Source: Bacteriovoracaceae bacterium (GTDB taxonomy: Bacteria > Bdellovibrionota > Bacteriovoracia > Bacteriovoracales > Bacteriovoracaceae). From it: a stretch of DNA of 29,199 nt. The stretch covers positions 62,001-91,199 of the forward strand of contig JABIHA010000035.1 of the NCBI GenBank assembly GCA_018649885.1, given 5' to 3'. The notes beneath the pieces were generated by a model. It was given only the letters and a program-made list of their open reading frames with translations, searched no databases and was not told the origin of the DNA. Every line of letters begins with the position of its first letter. Positions within the stretch are counted from its first letter, which is position 1. Below are positions 1 to 8,459 of this stretch, in pieces. The translations under genes were made by a program, and so were the position numbers.

Positions 1-22
1 GGGCTTTGTTGTAAGTTCTCTC

Positions 23-346
23 TTGAGAGAGACAATGATGGACCAAACACTCAAAAATTATAGATATTTTAGATATTTAGCAATCTCGGTACTGATTGTG
101 ATGACTCTTTTTCTTGTGGCCACTTCTAAGAATCCACAAGGTTTCTTTGGAATAAATTCCGCGCGTTCAATCCAAAATGAAAGTGTAAGTCTTGATGCCA
201 CTATCTATTTGGCCTTTAGCTCCTATTTAAATGCCTGTGTTAAAGCAAATAAGGCACTGAGACCACATATTGAGGCTTTTCCGGCCTGTAAAAAACAAGC
301 AAATGATTTCATTAATACTAATGTGCACGCTATTTTAAAGCAGTAA
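23..346 (+). CDS. Hypothetical small protein with N-terminal hydrophobic anchor
   Basis: 107 aa ORF with basic then hydrophobic segment (YLAISVLIVMTLFLVA). No recognised family. True start may be the ATG at 35 or 38. Confidence 0.6.
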   Translation: MRETMMDQTLKNYRYFRYLAISVLIVMTLFLVATSKNPQGFFGINSARSIQNESVSLDATIYLAFSSYLNACVKANKALRPHIEAFPACKKQANDFINTNVHAILKQ

Positions 347-456
347 AAATATGAAAAATTTACAACCAGGACACTGGAATCCACGAGTGCGGGCCATATA
401 GAGTAATATGGAATACGCGTGTAGAGCTTTTTTGGAACCTTTGTAAGGATCATGAT

Positions 457-1482
457 TTGATGATGAAATTTATTTTATTCACCATTTGTTTTCTACACAC
501 GTATTCGCTACTGGCAATTCCCAAAAAACCTATAAAAGTATTTTCTCATCCCATTAGGCAAATTAGATTCTGGGATCTTCCCAGTCAACAAAGTGATCAA
601 TTGGTAAGGCCTGCGGGCACGGCGATGATTGAATATCTTAACTCTTACTCAAGACTAAATGGACATACTGATAAAATTAAAAGCATTCCCATAAGCTCCC
701 CTGGGTACAAATTGGTATTAAAGGCCTTTGAGCAGATCCCCACCAAGGTAAAAGACCTTGTAAGAGGAAAGTTTTTGGGCATTTTTTTAGTTAAGGGGCT
801 CCAAACAACAGGATTTGCAGAATACGTCCAAAACGCCCGAGGAAGACCTATGGGCGGTTTTATTGTGCTTGATTGGAGTAAAATTGTAGGTAAATCGGCA
901 AATGACTTCGCTAGTTGGAAAGAATCTCTACCCTTTGAAGACACTTTGGGAGAATATCGATTCAAAGTAAAGCTGGAAAAGGACCAAGACAATAATACTA
1001 CAAGTGCAATTCGCTACATCCTGATCCATGAACTTGGACACCTGATTTCTGTGGGGAGAGGATTTCACCCCTCTTGGTGGTCTCATCCCAAATACTTTAC
1101 TAACTCAACTACCAGCTTTCCATTTACTCGTTTGAGTTGGACTACGAATGTTGAAAAAGATCGATACCAGCTAAAAGATGAATTTCAAAAAGAGGCGAAT
1201 GTGGGTTTTTACCGTGGAAAAAAACTTTCTGCTAAACTTATTGAGGTGGTCTATAAATCCATGAAAGTCACTCCCTTTCCAACTCTTTATTCTATGCAAA
1301 ACCCATTCGAAGATTGGGCAGATGCCTTTGCTAATTACGTTCATACCCAAATTCTGAAAAGACCTTTTCGGGTGGAAATCTTCAAAAAAGGGAAGCTTAT
1401 CCATAGTGCCTCTCAGTGTTGGAATGAAACGCGCTGCTTTCCAAAAAAGAAAATGTTAGACCGCTTCCTTAAAACTATTTAA
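457..1482 (+). CDS. Secreted putative zinc metallopeptidase
   Basis: Signal-peptide-like N-terminus, HELGH zincin motif, and downstream YSMQNPFEDWAD resembling the YxxxxPxED(W/F)AE third-ligand motif. Confidence 0.7.
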   Translation: MMMKFILFTICFLHTYSLLAIPKKPIKVFSHPIRQIRFWDLPSQQSDQLVRPAGTAMIEYLNSYSRLNGHTDKIKSIPISSPGYKLVLKAFEQIPTKVKDLVRGKFLGIFLVKGLQTTGFAEYVQNARGRPMGGFIVLDWSKIVGKSANDFASWKESLPFEDTLGEYRFKVKLEKDQDNNTTSAIRYILIHELGHLISVGRGFHPSWWSHPKYFTNSTTSFPFTRLSWTTNVEKDRYQLKDEFQKEANVGFYRGKKLSAKLIEVVYKSMKVTPFPTLYSMQNPFEDWADAFANYVHTQILKRPFRVEIFKKGKLIHSASQCWNETRCFPKKKMLDRFLKTI

Positions 1483-1491
1483 AATGGGTGG

Positions 1492-2088
1492 ATGATCAGG
1501 CCCTTATTACTCTTATTTTCCATTTTGACCACCATACTCATCTATTCATGCGCCAGCAATGTAGAGCAGAAATGTCAGCAGCTCTCCTGGAGGCATCTAG
1601 GGAATATGCACGGTGAAGAGGGAAGGGGAGCAGGTGCCTTTGAAAAATTTAAAGAGAAATGTGAAACCGTTGAAGTGGAAGCGGATAGCGGCGAATACTT
1701 CATTGGTCGTCAAAAAGGATTAAAAAAGTTTTGTACCTATGACAGCGGACTTCGCTACGGCAATAGTGGGCGCAAGTATTTTGGAGTTTGTCCCAAGGAA
1801 ACTGAGCAGGATTTTCTGAAAGGGTACCTTTTTGGCAGAAAAGAGCAAAAACTTAGAAAGAAGCAACGACAGCTTGAGGTGAGAGAGAGAAGGCTAAAGG
1901 CCAAAGAAATTGAACTCTATCGCAGGCTTCACACTAATAAATACAAAAAGGCCTGCACCTTTAACCATGAATGCACTATTAAAGATGATTGCTTTAAAGG
2001 AACGTGTAGGATCTCAGGAAGAAATTGTAGCTTTGATTCAGATTGCCATTTGCCAGGCGATTGTAAGTTTGGAAAATGTAAATTTTGA
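1492..2088 (+). CDS. DUF2799-like lipoprotein with Cys-rich C-terminal tail
   Basis: Lipobox-like IYSC. The pattern C..W..G..G..G, Y..G...G...FC...G...G..G..Y.GVCP...F..GY..G followed by a coiled coil resembles DUF2799. Two 4-Cys modules at the C-terminus. Confidence 0.75.
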   Translation: MIRPLLLLFSILTTILIYSCASNVEQKCQQLSWRHLGNMHGEEGRGAGAFEKFKEKCETVEVEADSGEYFIGRQKGLKKFCTYDSGLRYGNSGRKYFGVCPKETEQDFLKGYLFGRKEQKLRKKQRQLEVRERRLKAKEIELYRRLHTNKYKKACTFNHECTIKDDCFKGTCRISGRNCSFDSDCHLPGDCKFGKCKF

Positions 2089-3739
2089 TGGATAAACCAA
2101 TCGCGGTTTCATTGTCATCTGATTATTATTTAAAAAACTATCTATTTTTACTCAATTTTGTGAAAAAAAATATCACAAGATCTTAAAAAAAAATGAACTG
2201 AAATTTTTGTCACTGTTCTCTGAGTGTTCTAAGAACTCTCAAATGCTGTATGTTAGGTTAATTTCAAGAAAAGGACCTATTTTTAGAATAAGCAAACTCA
2301 ACTACCCAGAGATTGCAGAAATTGAAAAATGTGCAGGAGAGTTAGTTAAATGTGGTCTTCTAGAGAATGAAGATATTGATGAATTAGATTTAATAAGTGT
2401 TTTTACAAAAAAAGAAATTTACTCAGTAGCAAAAGCACATCTGGGAAACACCATTAAATCAAATGATCCTCGTGACCTCCTAGTCTTAAAGTCCCTAGAA
2501 AACCAAAATGTGGTTGCTGATTTAATAAAGATGGATCATTTTTTGTGGACTAGCTATATTTGTGAAAACGAATTTTTCCATCTTCTCTTTTTTGGAAACT
2601 TGGAGCAAAGCTTAAGTGATTTTATTCTAGAAGACATAGGTGTTTTAAAGTACGAGCCTTATGAAATCAGGACAGAGGATAGGCTCTTTAAAACACGCGT
2701 TGTTGCAGATAGGCTCTATGATTTAATTGGTTACCAATATGAATTGTGGGAAGCAAGGGAAATGGAAGATACTTCTTTAGTATTATCGATTCTTAAGGCA
2801 GTAAACCAGCTAAGTCTCACTAAGGCACACTTAAAGACAAAGAGGGCCAAACTTAATTTAAGAGGAGCTGAATACCTTGAGAAAATGGGTGAGCACAAAA
2901 AGGCAATTAAATATTACAAGCTTTCACTAGTCCCCCCAGCATCAGAGCGCATGGTCCGAACCCTTTTTAAAATGGAAGATTATAAACAAGCTCTACGTAC
3001 ATGCGAGGGAATTGAAAAATCTCCACTTAATTATTCTGAGGTAGAATTTGCAACTAAGTTCAAGCAAAAGATACTAAAAGAGCTCGATCGTCCCTTTGAA
3101 AAGATTGAAATATTTCAGTGCCCAATTAGTGAGATAAAAATTGCCAAAAACCCGCAAAAGAAAATTGAGCAATTGGCCTTGGATTATTTCTCCAAGAAAA
3201 AAGTCAAAGGCATATATAGCGAAAACTATTTATGGCTTTCATTATTTGGCTTATGCTTTTGGGACATAATCTTTAAACCAATGGATCAAGTCTTTTTTCA
3301 TCCTTTTCAACGGGGACCAAAAGATTTATTTTGGCCTGAATTCCATTTGAGAAGAGGTAGTGAAATCAAAAAACGCATAGACTCAGTTAGGAGTAGAGAG
3401 AGCTGGAAAGAAGAGCTATTACAGACTTATAGAGAAAAGAAGTGGACTGCCAACTATCTCGTGTCTTGGAAAAAAGTTGGGTTAACTGAGTTAAAGCTTG
3501 TTCTTTCTAAAGTTAAATCTTCTCAGTTTGCTGCCATTTTTGAGGCCATGGCCTTTGATTTAAGAGACGCCAAATCGGGTTTTCCTGATCTTTTTCTCTA
3601 TGATCCTAAATTAAAGCAGTACAAATTATGTGAAGTGAAAGGACCTGGAGATACTTTAAGGCCTGGACAAAAAAGGTGGATCCGATTTTTTCAAACAAAT
3701 CAAATTCCTTTTGAATTACTTAAAGTGACTTACCTCTAA
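2088..3739 (+). CDS. FAN1-like VRR-NUC domain nuclease (apparent frameshift in A8 run at 2163-2170)
   Basis: C-terminal SGFPDL...EVKGPGDTLRPGQKRW VRR-NUC motif and FFHPFQRGPKDL. ATG at 2088 encodes the FAN1-like DYYLKNYLFLLNFV N-terminus, which joins ORF 2207-3739 if one A is added at 2163-2170. Confidence 0.85.
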
Positions 3740-3767
3740 AATCTTTGAGATTCCCAGAATGATGACT

Positions 3768-4805
3768 TTATTCTTCTAAAAGGGCCGTGATTCTTTCGCA
3801 TCTTTTTTTAAGGTAATCAATTCTGGCCTGGATTTCATTTTTTGAGCTTTCCGCGTCTTTATCGTCACTGGAATTTTCTAGTTCTTCGATTTCACTAGTA
3901 AGCTTTTTGAGTTGTTCTTTTAGTTTTTCAGTGGAAACAGCTTCGTCTGCTTTATCGAACATTAATTCTTCGGCGACAACTTCTACGACTTTTTTCTTTT
4001 TAGTTTTAATTTGAGGGATAAATTCTTTTTGCGAGTCGTAGACTCTTTGGTTCATGAAATTAGGGGAGACAATTTCGATCCGGTGGGTATGGAGTGCGTC
4101 GAGTATATTGGATCTGAACTCACTTCTTTTTGTAAGAAGAATTTTTATATCCTCTAGAAATCCAAATGCTTTATAGACAACGGCGTGATCGAGAAGTTCC
4201 TTAATTTGGACAAAGGGGTCTTTTAGAGAGGTTTTTTCGGCTGCTTCGATTAAGGCCTTTTCAATTGATTGATGGTGCACATCATAGCCAAGGGATAGCT
4301 CTACTGCCAAAAGGGTTCCGGAGTTTCTTATTACTTTTACGGGATTTGTGACGAGGTAGATATTGGGAAGTGTCGTCAGGTCACGGTCTTCTGTTTGAAT
4401 TTCAGTATGTAGCAGTCCTTGCTCAGTGACTCTTCCAAAGTTGTCCTCAATTTTTAAGAAATCTCCTACCACTATTTTACCTAATGCCTTAAGCATTAAG
4501 CCTGCCATGATATTTCCTAGAAATGTTGTGGAAGAAAGAGCAATGGCAGCAGTTAGAAGAATTCCTAGAAGGCTTAAAAGCTGGCCCCTTGTGGTTTCAT
4601 TAATAGGTAAATTCAAAATGAGAGTGATAAGGATAGAAAAGGCGACAAATAGTTGAGCCAGTTGAGGGATAAGCCTATTCCTGATGGGGAACTTTTTCTT
4701 TCGGTAGGCAAAGAACTTGCTGACACCGATAGATATAAAAATACTTAATAGTAATATTCCCATAAAGGGAACCCAGGGAGTTAGAAATAATAGTATTTGT
4801 TTCAT
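3768..4805 (-). CDS. mscS: Small-conductance mechanosensitive channel family protein with C-terminal coiled coil
   Basis: Three TM segments, LGNIMAGLML..VGDFLKI...GRVTEQGLLHTEIQT...LPN MscS core signature. Confidence 0.9.
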   Translation of the reverse strand: MKQILLFLTPWVPFMGILLLSIFISIGVSKFFAYRKKKFPIRNRLIPQLAQLFVAFSILITLILNLPINETTRGQLLSLLGILLTAAIALSSTTFLGNIMAGLMLKALGKIVVGDFLKIEDNFGRVTEQGLLHTEIQTEDRDLTTLPNIYLVTNPVKVIRNSGTLLAVELSLGYDVHHQSIEKALIEAAEKTSLKDPFVQIKELLDHAVVYKAFGFLEDIKILLTKRSEFRSNILDALHTHRIEIVSPNFMNQRVYDSQKEFIPQIKTKKKKVVEVVAEELMFDKADEAVSTEKLKEQLKKLTSEIEELENSSDDKDAESSKNEIQARIDYLKKRCERITALLEE

Positions 4806-5039
4806 GGGTTAAATTTTGGACCTAAATTGGTGGCCCGTCAAATTTATGTTTTTACTTTGCTATTATCCAAAAAGTAAGATTAAAAAAGGCTCGGTTTTCT
4901 TAATGAATTATTCGGAGGAAGGATACTATGTCGACGCCTGACGGAGTAAAAGGTGGAATATTTTCTAAGTATTAATTGGAGAAAAGGGTAGGGATTTCGC
5001 AGATAGACGAAGTGTTTAAGAAGAATGAATTGTTTTGAC

Positions 5040-5144
5040 GAGCTGTTGTTAACGGCGCTAGGAAATCTTGAAGGATCTCCATATTTGGAGAGCTGTTAGG
5101 CACGGCGCTAGGAAGTCTTGTAGTGGGAGACGCGTTTGGAGAGC
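5040..5144 (+). repeat. Imperfect 50/51-bp tandem repeat (2 units plus start of a third)
   Basis: GAGCTGTT-n4-ACGGCGCTAGGAA(A/G)TCTTG-n13/14-TTTGGA at 5040-5089 and 5090-5140, followed by GAGC at 5141. Confidence 0.85.
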
Positions 5145-5217
5145 GCCTACTATCAAGGCGGAGTTTTTTAAGCGATGGAGTAATGTATTGATGTATAGTT
5201 GTAGCTGGGTTTAATTG

Positions 5218-5268
5218 TAGTGGTAGTTGCTTTTATGGAAAGGTTGAATATGTAGTCTAGTGGTAGTT
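5218..5268 (+). repeat. 11-bp direct repeat TAGTGGTAGTT, 40-bp period
   Basis: Exact copies at 5218-5228 and 5258-5268 within a G/T-rich tract. Confidence 0.6.
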
Positions 5269-5462
5269 TGGAATTTTCAGATTTTTTTTCGTTTGGTAAA
5301 GAGGTTGCGTGAGCTACGTTCCAGGACATTCATTGATGAACTCGAATTACTGTAAAGTGCTTACTGTATTGTCTTTTAGAGTTTTTCATTCAGGATGAAA
5401 TTGTATCTTTTCATTTAATTTATGTGATTAAAATGGTATGCTATTGTCCTCGGGAGGTTGCT

Positions 5463-6332
5463 TTGCCATTACAAAATTTATCAGATGAAAGACTTATTGC
5501 AGACACTAAAATGTGGAATGAAAAAGAAGAATACTGTACTCGCCAGTTTCTTAGGCACATAAATGAAGTTAATAGAAGAAGACTTTTCTGTGATGATAAG
5601 ACAGGCTCACTATTCAAATATATTCGCAAAAACTTTAACAAAAGTGATAGCGAAACAAGTCGAAGAGTTTTAGCTGCAAAAACACTAAGGCATATACCTT
5701 GTGCAGATAAGGCCCTCGCTAACAAGCAGGTGACTCTTACTAACCTTGCAGAAGTCTCAAATTTAGTGGGAAATATTAAAAGTAACAAGAAGAAAAATGA
5801 GATTCTTGAGAGCATTAAAGGCAAAACCCAAATTCAGACAAGGGAGTTGGTGGATGATTTTACCGGGAAGAAACGTGCTACAAGATCTAAGACACACTCG
5901 CATTCAAATGGAACCCTTCGCATTCACCTAAGTTTGGTGGGACAAGCGGCAAAAGATTATCATTTTATTAAAGAGTAACTTTCTAATAGTGGAATCTATA
6001 AAACAGAGGACATTATCGGAAGGGCCATTCACTCTACAGCAGAATTAATGCGGAAAAAAATAATGAAGATAGGGTCTAGAAAACCTAAAGCAATGACAAA
6101 CTCTAGGACCATATCGGCAGCTATAAAAAAAGCTGTGATGATAAGATCTTCTAATAAGTGTGAAAATTGTGGATCAAAATACAACCTGCACTTTGACCAC
6201 CAGATACCATATAGCATGGGTGGTAAATCGACGATTGGGAACGTGCGCCAGTTATGCTCAAACTGCAATACGAGAGCTGCTATTGTGGCACTTTCACAGG
6301 AAAAAATGGATCTTTACATAAATCAGAGCTAG
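5463..6332 (+). pseudogene. HNH endonuclease with helical (DUF222-like) N-terminus, interrupted by one in-frame TAA at 5976-5978
   Basis: GGAGG RBS before TTG 5463. ORFs 5424-5978 and 6048-6332 are in the same frame with no other stop between them. N-terminal LSDERL...HINEVNRRRLF. C-terminal CENC...DHQIPYSMGG...GNVRQLCSNCN McrA-type HNH. Confidence 0.85.
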
Positions 6333-6548
6333 AAATCTTACGAGCACCCCTTAACTTTATCTCTTGGTCTCCAACTGCTACAACGTTGTGTCAAAAAATC
6401 GTTCCACTGAACTGACTATACTTTACAAAAAATCAAACCGGGTTCGCGGTAGAACATATAAAAAAAATAGGGTCAATTCGACAGAACCATTTTGCGCGTT
6501 ACTGCTGAGGAACGGTTATAACTTTATCACTGATTTTTAGTATTCAGA

Positions 6549-7341
6549 TTAAAACAGACCTTCAATATCACTTAACTCATGTAGATCATTCAACTTTTCT
6601 ATAAAGGATACCATCTCCTCCAAATTGAGTGTCTTCATAAGAAATTTTTCGGCACTGAAAGAATATTCTTTTTTGGAATTCTTACAATCGAGATCAGGTA
6701 AGCAAAATCCATGGACGGCCCAATACTCAAAATTGTCTGCATTACTAGCAATATTAAATGGTCCATATTGATTTCTGGGTGATCGATTGTATTCGAAGTC
6801 AAGGGTTCCACAGCTATGAGAAACTTCATGAATGACGATGGCAGCTTGTTTTTTGATCCCTATTTTAAATTCCTTATTGGCCTTTTTTTTAAATAACTCA
6901 TCACATAAATGTATCTTAGCAGTACGGGGAATGCGTTGGGTGGCCTTAACAGAACCTTTGCAGGCTCCGTCATGGCCACAAAGTATCATTGTTTTGGGTA
7001 GCATTTTTTTTATGCACTCATAACGCTTTTCAATCTTTTTTATTTTTTTCTGTGTTTGCGATGCTCTCGAACTTCAGGTTTTTTCTTATAAGCATAAATT
7101 TCTTCTAGAATGCCATCTACTAGCTCTATCGCCAGAGACTGGAGTCCTAGAACATGATTTAATCGATCTTCACAGTCATATTTATCTTGGTAAAGAATTT
7201 TGCATCTTAACCGTGTGAATTGTCCCAAGCCTAATACATGTGCCCTTTCAATATAAGGCCCTAAATCTAAATCTTCGGCCTGAATTGATAAAGTCAGGCA
7301 TAGTGATAGGATCAATAGTATTTGTTTTTTTTAAACCACAC
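6549..7341 (-). CDS. Secreted M35 (aspzincin/lysine-specific) metallopeptidase with two apparent homopolymer frameshifts
   Basis: HEVSHSCGTLD (HExxH+GTxD) and NADNFE motifs. Adding one A in the run at 7043-7049 joins ORFs 7040-7315 and 6549-7004. Adding one A at 7325-7332 gives a GTG start at 7341 with signal peptide MWFKKKQILLILSLCLTLSIQA. Confidence 0.75.
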
Positions 7342-7649
7342 AGGGTGTTCGGCTTATCCAGAAAAAAAGATTATGAATAATTAAAGTTTTGTAATATCCC
7401 AGCTACTATGTCCCATCTTATTTCCTAGCGATTATGGGCCAAATGCTTAGTCAGCTATCCTTGATTTATTCTTTATTGTCTTTTCGCAGTAGAAATTTAA
7501 AAAGCAATCTGATCAACTTTTTCTGGCACTCTCAAGCTCTGATAAATCCCACTAAATATTTTAGCGCCTTGAATAGCATGCAAGCTCAACTGATTCCACT
7601 AAGGTCTCAGGCTCATCTGTATGCACTCGCAATGATAGATAATTTAAAT

Positions 7650-8459
7650 TTAACTTGAAGCAGAATCGTATTGATCAAGACCTTTTTTCCAAAAATACTT
7701 GAGTACAAATGAAAATATCACGATGCAAGCGAGAAGGTAGAAAATGTAGCGAAATGAATTTCCTTCGAGTAGAAAGTGAGCAGGGGCGCTTCCCACCATC
7801 AAGATAGGGAAAATTGTTGTGAAAATTCTTTTTGGGTAGCTTGAGTAGACAAAATCAGGCCATCTTCCCAGGCTTTGCAGCTGCATTCTAACAAAGTTGA
7901 TTGAGATGGTTTCCACCATCCAGAAGGTGACGGTGGCAATGGCAAACTCCAAAATGATTCGTAGAGTAAAGGATAAGAAGATTAGTATAGGTAGCATGAT
8001 CCAATTGAATAGGGACAACTCAACCTTTAGGCCGTGATAAATGAGGATACTTGAGGTTACAAAAAAAAGTGGGACTCCACTGGGCCTGACATATCTAAAA
8101 AATACCGAAAACAAAATGCTTATGGGTTTTAAGATTTCAAAATCAAGCTCGCCTGTTCGTACTTTAAATGAGAGCTGCCAAAAAGATTCACTCACGAGGC
8201 TCATATGTAGGTAGTCAATAAAGAGCATGAAAGAGAGAAAGAACATAAGTTGGTCTCTCTTCCAGGGGCCAATGGTGGTCACGTGGTCGTAGAGAATATC
8301 AACAGATGCTAGCGTGGTTGAGTAAAAGCAAATATCGAGAATAATCAGAAGAATGAAATTCAGTCTAAAGTCCATCGCTTTGGCAAAGCTAGTTGAAGCA
8401 AAACTCATGTAGACACTTAGGTAATGTGAAATAGTGGCGGTAATTTTATTTTTCATCAC
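7650..8459 (-). CDS. ABC-2 family transporter permease
   Basis: Six-TM profile, W..DQL motif and VRTGELDFEILKP motif. Overlaps the upstream permease. Confidence 0.9.
   Translation of the reverse strand: MMKNKITATISHYLSVYMSFASTSFAKAMDFRLNFILLIILDICFYSTTLASVDILYDHVTTIGPWKRDQLMFFLSFMLFIDYLHMSLVSESFWQLSFKVRTGELDFEILKPISILFSVFFRYVRPSGVPLFFVTSSILIYHGLKVELSLFNWIMLPILIFLSFTLRIILEFAIATVTFWMVETISINFVRMQLQSLGRWPDFVYSSYPKRIFTTIFPILMVGSAPAHFLLEGNSFRYIFYLLACIVIFSFVLKYFWKKGLDQYDSASS

Larger units (their letters stand above)
4877..6554 (+). mobile_element. Candidate HNH-encoding element, copy 1 (boundaries tentative)
   Basis: Long leader + HNH gene + trailer, oriented opposite to both neighbours. AGATTAAAA at 4877-4885 and 6546-6554. 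Same architecture and near-identical length as 23417-25079. Confidence 0.4.

Noticed and set aside
5040..5144. Canonical CRISPR array
   Set aside because: Only two units, variable parts of 4 and 13-14 nt, and no cas genes in the window.
7603..7612. GGTCTCAGGC also found in the copy-2 trailer (rc)
   Set aside because: Isolated 10-mer with no flanking similarity or positional logic.
7434..7658. 74 aa ORF on +
   Set aside because: No RBS or motif, and it overlaps the permease stop. Probably spurious.
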